Assembly: GCA_900617105.1 (NCBI GenBank)
Contig: UYFQ01000265.1
Location: forward strand, 62,001 to 126,000
Length of the DNA: 64,000 nucleotides
Origin: Hydrurus foetidus
Taxonomy: Eukaryota
Direction of reading: 5' to 3'
Made by a program: the position numbers and the translations under genes. A model generated the notes under the pieces. It worked only from the letters and a program-made list of their open reading frames with translations, was not told where the DNA came from and ran no database searches. This document shows positions 13,867 to 26,804 of this stretch, piece after piece; position 1 is the first letter of the stretch, and every line of letters starts with the position of its first letter.

Positions 13867-16800
13867 CATGCATACATACGTGCATACATACGTACATACA
13901 TACGTACATACATGTATACACGTACATACATACATACATACATACATACACACTATTTGACATACACACCACTCTCTCTCCCCTCTATCCTTTTAGCTCT
14001 CCGGAGCAAGCGCTTGTTAACAGAGTGCAAGAAGCGTGCAAAGCTTCTCCAAGCGTTATCTACCTCCCGTCAGTAGTCACGTGGTAAGATTCAAAAACTG
14101 AGACTTTTACTCATCATTTCGTGAGCCTCAAATTATTAAATAACTCCATTGTATGGCTATGATTTTTTTTTTAAATTGCATACTCCCGACTGTTTCTTTG
14201 TTTTTTTGTCGTTGCCACCATGACATATACAATGATATTCGCTACTGCTTATCTAATATAACGTATATTTTCGTCACACTGATGTACGCCTTCATCCTAC
14301 TCATAAAATTTGACACAACGAAAATGATAATTGATGAAATGCTCTGTACTTCATCGGAAAAAAAGAAGTAAATTTTATCACCTCATTCAAACATTTGAAA
14401 TCTTGAGTGGCACATTTTTTCAGTAACATTGGTGATGAGTGCTGAATCCCATCCAGTTAAATCGCAAAAAAATGGTAGTGATTGGAAGCATTGACTAATC
14501 AACGTTGTATACATTGTATGAACTAAATAGTGAATATTAAATACTAAATATTGGATACTGGATGATGAACATTGACAGGTGGTACTCAGCTCCTGAAGGA
14601 ATGAGAGCAGCGTTGCTATCTCTGATAGAAGCCATGCCCAGCAATCTCCCAGTGCTCTGGTTGAGCACAATGACAATTGAAAACATAGACCACAACGACG
14701 AGTGGGAACGACGTCATATAATACTTGAAGATAAGAAATTGGCGCGTTTAATAGCGTGGTTAAGTGGGTCAATTCTTGATGAGGTTGTGGAATGTGGTTT
14801 AAATGTCGATTCAAAAGGTCCCCATACTCTGTTCATCAATGACGTACTTGAAACGGAAAGAAAAGAATTATTTCATTCTTTTTTTGGTAGTTTACATTTA
14901 TTACCCGGACGACTATTTTCTGCGCGAAAACAGGTTATAGAATCTAGAATCAAGATCCATGAACCGGTTGTTGTAGTACCACCACCTGTGTGTGTGGTAC
15001 CAATAAATTCAAAAGATTTGAATAAAAATAGAAGTATGAGAAGTGGACAATCGTGTGAATTGATGGAGTCTGAAATAGCATCTAAAATACCACAACCACC
15101 GGCAATTATGACAGAAGATGGAGATAACCAGTGTGTGCGTGAATTACGAAATTTCCTTAGAGCAACGTTAGGAGAGTTGCACAAGGAGAAGAAGTGTCTA
15201 GTGTTCTGGAGGCCGGTTGATCCGGAGAACGTTCCTGATTATTACGATGTCATTTCTTGTCCTATGGATTTAGAAACTATGCGCATGAAGGTGAGTGCGG
15301 TGGAGGGAAGGGGAGGGAGTGTGATGTAGTGGAGTGTTGCGTAGTATAGTGTAGTGTAGTGTGTTTCGTTGTGTAATGTGATGTGGTGGAGTGAAGGGGA
15401 GTGAGTGTGATGTGATGTAGTGTAGTGTAGTGTAGTGTAGTGGGATTTCGCCTTGCATTGCGATGTTGTGATACATAGTGCTTTGTAGTGTAGTATTGTA
15501 TGGCAGAGTGGAGTGGACTGAAGTGCACTCAATGCCACTACATCACTATTACACCATACCACGCTCTAACCCCCAACCTCACAGCCCACCATGACTACTC
15601 GAGTTCACCACCCCATACTTCCACCACCCTCATGGCCCCTGCACTATTGCTATTTCTCTATAGGTGGACAACGTTGAGTACCCCACACTCTCCCATTTCC
15701 TCCGCGACATAGAACAACTGGTTTTCAACGCGAAGGAGTATAATCCTCTCACTCTGAAGGATGTCAGAGGCAGATCCATAGTGCATGCCGCGCACAGGTA
15801 ATATCCGGATAAATTGCATCAGCGATATCCTTTTAAATTGTCAGTTTTGTCGAAATTTAATAAGTTAAATTTCCCTTAGCCACCAACACAGTCGGTCCTT
15901 CCAGTTACCCTCTACGCGATTTACTAACTGATATTATTTCGACTCATGCGCCCATTCTCAAGGCAGTATGTTATACTATGTACCACATACTACCCACTAA
16001 CACATTCCACCACTATACCCTCCTGACAGTATTTCCTGTCAACCTCTCCTCTAATTACACATTCAGTTCCTTCAGTCACCCATTCCGTGATTTATCAATG
16101 AATTTTACTTCAACTTAACAACATCTCCATCGTTCCTCTGCCCTTGCACACCCCACCATACTGCACCTCACTGACAGCATGACTAATGCATACCATCTCA
16201 TCACTTCTCACTGACAGCATGGGGGACATAGTGCAGAGCCACGCCTATAACTTCAAAAAAGAAGTCGGGTACGATCTATTTACCCAGTGCGATGAAATAG
16301 CTGACAGACTCCACATACCCAGACCCAGACCGCCAAGGGTGGGTGATAAAATGAGCGATATTGATGCGAAATACTATACGGAAATCATGCATGTGCATCA
16401 GAGGATCAAAGATGAAGAGGGAGACGAACATCCTACAGCGCAGAAACTCCTCGCTGCTAAACTCGAAATGGAACAAAATTTAGTAGCAGAGTCTGCTAAA
16501 ATAGAAGAGAATCTCAAGATTCTAACTGATCAGACACAAAGGGAGGAAAAAGTGGAGGCCCCAGAGGGACCAAAAACTTCAATGTTGGGTATAGTGGGTG
16601 ATGATGAGTCACTACCGCTGGAAGAGGAGATAGCAGATATCACACCCTCATCTAGTGAGGTCATTGTGACTGACAGTCAAGTGGCGAAGGTGTTAGAGGC
16701 TAGTAGACTGGAGGAGGAGAAGAAGGAAGAGGACAGGCTTGTCAAGGAGTCCATACAAGAGACTGACGTGTGTGCTCTGCCAATCATGCAATCTTTGCAA

Positions 16801-18213
16801 CGCGCAATGGACAGCGCTCAGAAGGTGCAGTGCAGTGAAGTACTATATTGTGTACTACAGCGCAATTAGATGCAAAACAGTGCAGTAAATGCTATACATG
16901 CCGTGCAGAGCAATTAAGAAGCGTTTAACGCGATTAAATGAATGCCGTGCGATACAGTGCGTGAAGTGTCATACATCGTTGCATTCGTGACTATTCAAAG
17001 CATTACAGTTCCCGTCGCTTTTCAATCCACTCACCATCTCACACGCCCCTGTAAAACATTCACTCCAACCACCTCCCATCCAATATCCCTTTACACTCTA
17101 GTGCTCTAACAAACGCGAGTACATCAATTTTCCCTCTCCATTTTCCTTTTCCCTCTCTACACAGATGGCTTCCCACTTCGACTATCTGACTGACGTCATG
17201 GTTGACAAATCTTCTTATCTGCCTTTGGTAGAACTAGTTGCTGCTGCAACAGGTGCGTTATTAGAATTGTTTAGTGTAAGGAGTTAGTGTATTGGGATTG
17301 GATCGAAGACTTCTTCGGAATCAGGAATCAGGCTGTTGATGTGTAGTGTAGTGTAGTGTGATGCTGTCTTTCTGTCCGTGTGTGTGTGCGCCTTTCAACG
17401 CATCTGTGACCTGCGCACTGGTACACTCGTCTTCCATCCGAGTGTTCATCTCGGTTCCCCCAGCTCTCCATCATGACGCATGTCCGTTTCACTGACTGAC
17501 TAACTGACTGACTGACTGGCCTCATCATTCACTCAGCAGATTCCGTGAGAAGGTTTCTCTCTCATAGAGCAAATGGCTGACGTACTGTTTATCTGTTTGT
17601 TTGTTTCACTATCTGTGTAACTGTCTATCTATTTGTCTGTGTATCTGTTAGTCTGGCCGCCCGTCAATCTATCTGTCTCTGCACAACGCACCCAAACAGC
17701 ACTCTCCATATCAACGCCATTTTCCAAGAACTCTCCCCCCACCCCTCTCTAACACTGACCACCCCTCAATTTCAATCTTGATCACTCTTGATTTCTCCCT
17801 TCGTTTCACTCTTGTTATCACTTTTCATTTCACTTTTTGTTCCAGGTCTCCACCGACTGAGCAGAATGTACATGAAGGACTGTGATTGGAAAAAATTCAT
17901 AAACGTACGTTGTACAAACAATTTAATTGATGTGTTCTGATTTTTGTTGTCTGAGATGTATAGAGAATGTAGCACAAGATTAATTGCTGTTTTATCCTTA
18001 GATTGGACAGCGCACAGCGGCATAGAGAAGCGTTTCCACAGTCGCATGCTTGACTCGTAGCATCCCGTATCATTCTTTCATACACTCTCATTGCATCCCA
18101 CTTCATCCGATCTCATCTCATACCGTCGCATCTCATCACATCCTGTCTCATCACAGGACTTGGAAGAGCTCTGTGACGTCCCCTTGAACAAAAGAATGGC
18201 ATCCTCGCTGTGA
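9847..18213 (+). CDS. ATAD2: ATAD2/Yta7-type bromodomain AAA+ ATPase; multi-exon
   Basis: [113 protein letters not shown], and bromodomain [30 protein letters not shown]. Confidence 0.92.
13747..13950. repeat. (TACA)n microsatellite in an ATAD2 intron
   Basis: Directly visible tandem TACA with a few variants. Confidence 0.95.
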
Positions 18214-19329
18214 AGTCAGTCTACTTCAAATACAATTACAACCGACGCACAAGGACGCAATCTACTATTTTACTCAAGAACAAACTCTGCCCTGTCATTA
18301 TAAACGATGAGCTGGAGTGGTCACAAATATAGCCGACAATAGTGCAATCAAAAAACGTGTACGTAGTGTACACAACTGAATTAAAAAACGCTCAAGAATT
18401 GGTGGTTTTTATAAATTAATCTCAAACCTACTTAAAACCCAAAATAATTGAATTACAAAATTTGATTTCTGCATTTAAATTTGAATTTTGTTCTGTTGAA
18501 AATCTATTTGAAACATGAAAATATAAGTCATCTTTCATGAGTGAATAAAATGTTAAGTGGAACAAAATACGCCATCAAAATCAACTTTAACATCGACAAT
18601 AAAATGAAGCTTCGAGAACCATTTTGGAATTTGTCGTCGTTAGTGAAGGTGTTTTGAAGTGATGACGTTGTTGTGTGTTGCTGTTACAGTAGCGGAATAC
18701 TTTCAAATACTGTAATTGGTCTGATGGATGTTTGAGGTGGGTGGAATAGTTAAGCATGACGATTGTATTTATCGATTCCTGTGTTAGATGGAAAGGAGTG
18801 CAAACAGTCTTTCTTCACAGTCAGCCATTTCATGCTACTGTACCGATGCAAAGCTATCGGAGGAAGAGAGGGAAGAGGAACTGAAGTGCACTGTGTCCTC
18901 GAAGTAGCCGCTGCACGCACTGAACGAACATAGAAAGAGAAGGACAGGAAGGTGACATCAACTTGAAATGGCGATCAATTTGAACTTCACCTTCAAGAAC
19001 AGCCTCAAAACTAACTCAGACTAACACTAACAAACCGTCACTACGTCTACACAAGTAGTATAGTACAGCGCACGAGAAAGATCTAGGCCTTTTAAAAAGA
19101 GAAATCCACCCCTAACAAATACCGCACACCACTAACCGAGAACCGTATAGCATCTCTGTAGAGGGACTTCAGACAAACACTCCTTCCCTCTCCTTAAAGA
19201 CACCATACCAACACATACATCGTACCATATAGCATTTGTTCAGAAAGGACACTACCGCACACGAGAAACAGAAGCACTTGGGATTGCACCCTATCCCTAA
19301 TAAAATACCATGTAGTGCATCGTGATAGT

Positions 19330-22300
19330 TCAGAAGTGATACGATCTTTGTGACGTATTGACGATTTCATCTTCTGAGAACATTCGCACTGGTTTTAGTT
19401 CCGATCCAGGAAAAGAATTTGTTCCTAACGAGTTGAAGTTGAAGTTAGAGTTGAGGTTGTTCTGCTCTCTTTCTCTTTCTATAGGGCTGTGCCATGTTTT
19501 CTTCTCATCTTCTGCCACACTCATAGCATATGCTCTCAGTGCGATTGACACGTGGCGCTCGTCGCCTGCCACTATCTTTTCCGCGTATACTCTCGTCCCC
19601 CCAGGGGCGTACACACTTGGAGGGGACTCCTTAGTGGGGGACGAATAAGATATGTTAAGAAAAGATGGCGTGGTAGCCGAGTAAGCCGCACTGTTACGGT
19701 ATGATGGATAGCGGTTGGCTGCAGGGGTGTAGAGCGCTTTTTGAATTTCACCGAGCACTGAGTCGCCCTCGTCTATGATCGTAGAGGACAGGACGGCTTG
19801 TATACCCTCTTCCATCCTCATGTCAGCCCCACCCTCTCCCCCCCTCATGTCAGCCCCACCCTCTCCCCTCCTTATGTCAGCTCTGTCTGACCCCCTTTCA
19901 GCTACACGGTATTTGTTATCCCCCAGGTGCTCACTATGGGGAGACGAGACATCCCGATATCTTCCTCTACGTGACTTTTCAACTTGATCTTGATCTTGAT
20001 CTTGAACTTCAGCTGGGTTATTCATATTTTCCAAATCAGTTTGCGTACTTGTTGTGTGAGGGGTGTGTGGGGTGTAGACTGGAGTTCGCGGCATCGTGGA
20101 CCTGAGAGATTCCGACATCGGTTGATTAAGAAAATCCGAAGCAAACTCCACTATTGGATATTTAGTATCGGGTAGAGGTTTTTGCAGTGAACTTTGCAGC
20201 AGTTTTCGGGGCGTGTCTGATGGAATATTCTGTTCGTGTTCTTGGAGATGATGATTGTCATATTGTTGTTGTTGTTGTTGTTGTCTGTCAAGGTATCCTG
20301 CATCTTTCTCATAGCGCTGTGATGTCCCACTTCGTTCTTTCACTCTCCCTTTTTCTCTCCTTTTTTCTTTTTCCCTCTCTTTTCCCTTTTCCTTTTCTCT
20401 TTCTCTTTCTCTTTCTTCTTCTTTTTCTCTCTCTTTTTCCTTCTCTTTCTCTTTTTCGAGCATCTGTCTGCCGAATGAGTTTCTGTCTCTCAACGCTTTC
20501 TCAGCATCCCCTAAGGCTCCCAGCAATTCCTTCTGTTGCTCTCCATAACGACTCTCGGCAAGCTGTGTGAGTGTGTGTGTGTGAGTTAGTGGGTGCATTT
20601 GTGTGTGTGTGTGTATGTGTGTGTGTGAGAGAGTGTGCGTGTGAGAGAGTGTGTGTGTGTGTGTGTGAGTTAGTGGGTGCATTTGTGTGAGTGTGTGAAT
20701 ATATTTGTGTGGGTGTGGGTGTACTTGGGTGAGAGTGCGCGTGAATAGAGGTAGTGTTAAATAGAAAGAATGATTGAAAGTAATATGAACTAGTAGTTCT
20801 GGTATTATGTGGTGTGATACATAGCACATTGATAAATCATTTCAAGTGCAACAGCAGGTAATGCACTAACAAAAAGTGATCAATAATAAGTATTAATAAC
20901 TTACAAAGAGCAGGAGCTCTTTAGCCCTCAGACCGGTAACCGCATCGCTCATGCTGCGCATGGTCTCTCTAATCACCACCAAACTATCATGCGCATCTCC
21001 CCCTATTCTCCCTCTTTCTCTCCCTCTTTCTCTCCCTCTTTCTCTCCCTTCTTCTCTAGTGATGAAACTAGAGTATCCGGAACTAGACTCAGTACGATCC
21101 GATTTGATAACTTCCAGAAGTGACAAATGCGTAGCACTCTCAGAACTACCGTTATGCCCGAATTTCCGTGCATAACTCTCTTCATAGACAGATAACTTTT
21201 TCTTGTTTTTCTTTGCACTGCTGAATTGCTGAGTCCTGTTTGTCCTGTCAGGGTAAGTACGTATGTTCCGTAACACCCTAATTAATCTCAGACTAAATAA
21301 CACGTATATGCCAACAACGCGAAGGGTTATTGGTTTTTTCATGGTCATGCTTCTGTAAGAGTGTTGTGGACTATGTGTATGGCAATTGAATTCTCTAGAT
21401 GATGGGAAACTTTCTTTCTCTCCTGATATTCTGTCGTTGTAAAGTGGGTAAGATTGACGAGTGGGAGTCTTTCCACTTTCTAAAATATGGTACGCATTCG
21501 CTGACTCTTCTATGCAGCTAGATGCGAGGGCGAGCACTTCAGCCTTCAGTAGATCGTACCTACATTACGTCACGTACGTACATGTTCATGAGGTGACATC
21601 AGTGTGATGATATTATTTTATGCGGTACTTGGAAGAGACAGGATTTGAGGGGTAGTGAGAGGATTTGTGTTTTACCGGGACTACTGTACTACCGGTATGA
21701 TAAACAGCACAACAAGAACAGGTGGGAGGAACCACCTAAACCTTCGGCTGTTTGCGTAAACAGTAATTCATATGCAGACACTCTCACTCACTCAGACACA
21801 CTGACACACACACACACACACACACACACATATGCTCACTCACTCACTCACTCACTCACTCACCCCAAACACATTTTCTTGAGCAATCTTTTCTCCGACA
21901 GGACTTCTTCATATCGCATCTCTAGCACACTCGCATTAACCGCTAGTGTCTCCACATAGTTGAGAGTCTCGTGAAGTATCTTGACATCTTCTTCGTCTTT
22001 TCTCGATCCTTGAGACGCACTTCTCATCTCTACCGATGACCGTCCGTTCATCTCGGAGCCGTACGGATACGTGTGAGCGCGGTGTGGTGTGCATTCAATG
22101 GACAGACCGTTAGGAGTACTGACGTATGCACTTTTCATTTGTTCATTTACTGAATTCGTTAAATTTTTCTCTTCAACTAACAGTCGGCATCGTTCCCTCT
22201 CCTCTTCTATTTGAGTATCCTTCTTTGCTTTCTCCGCAGAAAGTAATGAAATTGTGTTCATCAATTCACCGAATTTAGCCTGTTGCTCGTTCATTATTAT

Positions 22301-23825
22301 TTTCGCTTCTTTTACTTGAGATTTCATTGTTTTATATTTTCCTCCCATTTTCTTTAAAACGTGAGCCGCGGATTCGGTAGACCCGGTTGTTTTTTGAAGT
22401 TCTACGGCTAATTTGTATTCTGCATTTTTGCTGGAAATACAATTTTCTATCAGATTACAGAACACATCGATCAATTTATGTAATTCTGCTGATGTGCTAC
22501 TATATTTAGATGCATAATCGGATTGAAAACTATTCACCATTTCTCGTAGCTCTGTGTATTTTGAAGTATTGTCAATATTTTTTTTTCCATTATCTACTTG
22601 TGATAGGGAATGGGCAAAATTTTCGAGACTTTTTGTCACGTAGCTGAAAGCAGAAGTGAATTCCTATAATGTGTAGACAATAATTATTGCTAATTCAAAT
22701 ATTCTGCAGAGTTCTTTTCATTAAAATTTAAACGGGAAGTGATCGAAAAATGGCAACCTTTTCAGCATGAGAATTTGGCAAATTTGAATAGCACTTTTGT
22801 CGCTCTTACCTTTATTTCGACACTATCTTTCCTAGCATCACTAAGTGCTTGATCAAGTATTCTCTTATTGCATTCACTTTCCTGCATTTGGTTCGCTTTT
22901 ATTCCTTCCGTTAATCCTGTTAAAGCATCTACGACAGATTCCTAACAAGCAGAAAATAGATAGCATGAAGCCCAATATGACTTCAAAAATAATATCATCC
23001 TACTGCAAAACATCGTCGGGCGAAATAACTCAAATAACCAGCATAATCATCTATCAGGCAGAGTATACACTATACCTGTTCTGCATATATCTTCCTCCAA
23101 TGATCTGCCTCAAACTGCTTTTCTGATAAATTATTCTTTAACCGGTCATATTTTGAAATCCATTCAATGGCAATATTTGTTTGATTCTCAGCTCGTGCTT
23201 CTGATGCTTCAAGCTTTTTCTCAGAATTTATAATTTTATCTTTGAGGTGCTGGAGTTCACGCTCCATATTGTTGAACTTTACCTTGGAATCAATGCGAAT
23301 ATTCTCGAATGCCACATCAGCGTCTCTCTTCTGATGCTGGAGAAAATAGAACTTATTCTGAATGTCTTGATACGCAGACTCCTTCGTTTCCAACTGACTC
23401 CTCGCAATAGATAGTTCTCTTGTTTTATACTCAGAACGATTTCGCAAGTTTGATAGTTCATCGACCAATGCCTCGACTTCCCCTTTGAACGTATCAGATT
23501 GCACAGTATGAAAATTGAGTTGTCCGTTAGTGGCGGCAAGCTCTTTCTTAGACATATTTAATGCACTTTCTAAACGAGTACTCCTCTCAACTAAGATTCT
23601 GTTTTGATCGGAGTTACCGGCTGACATCGAATTCTTTCTCTCGATAGCACTCAAGCTTTTGTTGAGCGCGTCAATGATGTCCTCTTTTCGAGCCAACTCA
23701 ATCCGTAACGTCTGAATTGTCAACGATTGCTTTCCCATGTTTGAAATGCTATTTTCCGCCCCCAAAACAATTCCTCTCAAGTCTCTTTCAGACACATCCT
23801 GCATCTCCCTGTCCTCTGAAAGCAT
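19330..23825 (-). CDS. Large coiled-coil / low-complexity protein of unknown function; at least 5 exons
   Basis: Same-strand ORF blocks (23070-23825, 21860-22639, 20893-21537, 19330-20563) rich in E/K/L/Q heptads and separated by GT-AG, microsatellite-bearing introns. ATG at 23825. Confidence 0.65.
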
Positions 23826-24814
23826 AGTTATGTATTAGTCACTATGCCTGGTACCGGTAGTGGTTGTATTGCTTTTATTTTGTATTGCTATGTTGGGCAA
23901 TGGTATGACAGGCTGTGGTATGTGATATGAAGATTGCGAAGCATGATTAAGGTATGCTAGTGGTGTGGATGTATTGTATTGTATTGTGTTGTATGGATGT
24001 AGTTATCGTATTGAGCGTGGATACTGAACAAGCAGTGAACAGTGCTGTAGTCTACTGCATGCAGGATGCAGTAGATGAGGATGAAGAGTAGGAGAAGCAG
24101 TAGGTGTAGGTGTAGGAGTAGAGTTTACCGTAGCAAGGGTAGGATTTTAAGAAGCGTTGAGGTGCTTGAGACTTGAAACTAGAAACACGGGGAGGAATGT
24201 GAGGGAAACCACAGATTGGAGTAATATGTTCTGTGATTGTATTGATGTATTTTTTCCGAGAAGAACACAGGCCGGCTGGCGCAATTGGTAGCGCGTCAGA
24301 TTCCAAATCTGAAGGTTAGGAGTTCGATTCTCCTGTTGGTCAGCGGATTTTGTCATTTCCGTTTTGAGAATCATCTTCATTTCTCTTGGCTATTCCCGCT
24401 GTGATCATCATCTGCACGGTGTAGGTTGCAAAATTACTGTTCAACATCCCATGACAGCAACAGGGTCAGTCATCAATCTGCTGATGTGACATTCTTTTAT
24501 TTCATCATGCAATACTATAAGTTAGAAGTATTTCTGGAGAGTGCTGGAAAATAGGATTCAGTGGTAAGCAATAAGCACTTCCACATATCGCATCACATCA
24601 CATCGTATTCAGGTAGGTAAGGAGCAGACTGTCTTACGAATATGATACATCGCTTAGCGATGCGATGCATTCAATCCATGTCGAGATTAATGATCTGATA
24701 GATGCACCATAAAAACGGTTACTTGTCGGCAAATCTCCCTGCAGTATTAATGTACGGTAGAGGCGACAACAGCCTCATCATCTTACTGGCAGTATGCAGT
24801 AGTTCAAAAGATAT
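23786..24814. repeat. Left arm of a ~1-kb inverted repeat
   Basis: Reverse complement aligns with 26805-27852; long identical stretches with a few divergent patches. Confidence 0.95.
24270..24342 (+). tRNA. trnW: tRNA-Trp (CCA)
   Basis: 73-nt cloverleaf: acceptor GGCCGGC/GTTGGTC, D stem GCGC/GCGC, anticodon arm TCAGA-TTCCAAA-TCTGA, T arm AGGAG-TTCGATT-CTCCT; TTTT follows 5 nt downstream. Confidence 0.95.
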
Positions 24815-25602
24815 TGAGCAGTAGAAAGATATGATCTCAGAAGGAAATATCGATCAAGTTGACCCGTCACTTTTTATGCAAGCCAGCCGGTGAGAAAAAG
24901 CGAAAAAATGCTCTTATGTATATTCGGTACATATTGCAACTCATGTGCGGCTTGATTTAGCTTTGCCTTTGAAGTCCGTCAACACTCCCGCTGTAATGCA
25001 CAGTTCACCATACAGTTCCAGCGAAGCCGACAATTTTCGCTCGAACGACACCACATAACGCTGGAGCTTGTGCAGGGGAAAAAACGCCTTGATGTCCTAT
25101 GGAGAGCCTCCATGAGGTTCTTATGCTAGAGAATGCAAAGCATTACAATTCTGCAAGGGATATTACACAGTCGTCGTTATCAAACCCATGAACAAGCTGT
25201 AAAAACGTGTTTTGTACATACGTGTGCACATATGCGCGTTTTGATGGTTTGCGTATACGCCCGCGTATACGTCATGCATGCGTATGTCTATCCGCTAAAA
25301 AACGCAGCACGAAAAACGAAAAACGAAAAACGAAAAACCCAGTTCGAGTCCGAGCAGGGGGCAGGGATCCCACGATCGATCGTGTGGAACCGTGGAACCC
25401 CTACGAGTTGGAGATCGAGATCGAGTTCAAGTTCGAGTTCAGTTATGATGCGTTGGACTTCCATCTGCCTAGAAATTGACCTGAAATCTTCATCCGTGGG
25501 GAATTCTATTGTCAGGAACTGCATGGTCAAATTGTAAGGGAGGTGGCCAAAACGTTGCTTTGGATCGTCCCATCACAATTGATTTACCTCGATAAATGCA
25601 TA

Positions 25603-26502
25603 ATGTCACAATGGGGGCGACGAGTCTGCAGCGCTTGTGGGCATGATATATCGGTTGATGACTTCAGCAGGAACCAGTGGGCTAAAGGTGTTGGCGTGTC
25701 CAGATGCATGATCTGCATTCAAGAGGGAGTTGCGAGCGATTCGAACGGTTTTGAGACAGCTCGTGAAAACAATTGCACCAAGATTCAAGTAGATTTGAAC
25801 CAAATTTTTGCACAGGGAACCTTTAAGTACTGCGCCGAAGGGCGGTATGCTGGTGGTCAGAGAACAGGCCAGAAGTGCGTTGCGAAGTATTTTATACATG
25901 ATGATGAAATGAATGACGAATTCTTCAGCAAAGATCTCGACGCTGTGGATATGGCCCTCCGAATCATAACACAATGGAATCAATCAGCGATCGTCCCCAA
26001 TCTAACGATTAGACTCAACATGCCCCAAATCTGGACAATTAACGATGTGAAGTGTATTGTTGAGCCATACATCGATAGCTTTACAAAATTCAACTCCAAT
26101 ACCGGTTGGGTGGGTGCTGGTGGTAACCTGACGAACATTTTACAGGCGCTATCCCACTATTCTTATCATATCAGCAGCGGACAATTCGTGCTCTGCGACA
26201 TTCAAGGAGGGCATCAAAGAGGGGCCGTAGTTCTTACCGATCCTGTGGTGATGTCAAGGAAGCATCGGTTCGGTCCGACAGACCTGGGGCCTATGGGTAT
26301 GAGCACTTTCTTTCACTACCATCAATGCAACTCGTACTGCCGACGTGAATGGACGAAGCCTCGGGACCAGACTGGCTACTATAAGAGAGGAAAGGGCACC
26401 TCCATGGAGAGCGAGAGAGACTATGTTCAGCATAAATCTGGCTACGTGCAGAGCATGGGCACTATCTATGAGTCAGACTCGGACGATAACTCGGACTACT
26501 AG
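25603..26502 (+). CDS. Intronless alpha-kinase (eEF2K/MHCK family) with an N-terminal C4 zinc finger (Stc1-like)
   Basis: FAQGTFKYC, CVAKYF, IVEPYI..FTKFNSNTGW, QALSHYSY, VLCDIQG, LTDPVV, FGPTDLG..GM..FF..HQCNSYC. N-terminus CSAC..FSRNQW..RCMIC. Confidence 0.92.
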   Translation: MSQWGRRVCSACGHDISVDDFSRNQWAKGVGVSRCMICIQEGVASDSNGFETARENNCTKIQVDLNQIFAQGTFKYCAEGRYAGGQRTGQKCVAKYFIHDDEMNDEFFSKDLDAVDMALRIITQWNQSAIVPNLTIRLNMPQIWTINDVKCIVEPYIDSFTKFNSNTGWVGAGGNLTNILQALSHYSYHISSGQFVLCDIQGGHQRGAVVLTDPVVMSRKHRFGPTDLGPMGMSTFFHYHQCNSYCRREWTKPRDQTGYYKRGKGTSMESERDYVQHKSGYVQSMGTIYESDSDDNSDY

Positions 26503-26804
26503 CGCAATAATCGTCATCTCACTCTACTGTGCAATCTTACAGAAAATTCTTAATGTATACGTACACGCATGTTGAAGATTTTAGTCGTGAAGTAGCCGTA
26601 AATCTGGATTCAATTTTACGTTAATTCCACGCACAGTTGATCATATGTCTTCAATCGGCATCCCTCTTCGATGAAATACAACTTACTTCTGTAGCAAGAA
26701 TGAATTTACCTTGTGTACCATAAAAGACTTTCGTCTCAAATTTTAAATGTCTACTCATCAACTACATGAACAAAAGATACAATCTGTCACAAATGACTCC
26801 GCTT

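Noticed and set aside
13629..14087. Overlapping YIHT/MYVC ORFs, and similar ORFs at 15242-15562, 28889-29245 and 29745-30128
   Set aside because: Translations of intronic microsatellites.
24052..24380. Duplicated small ORFs in both arms (also 27215-27633)
   Set aside because: They overlap the tRNA genes and a simple repeat, and their frames are not conserved between arms.
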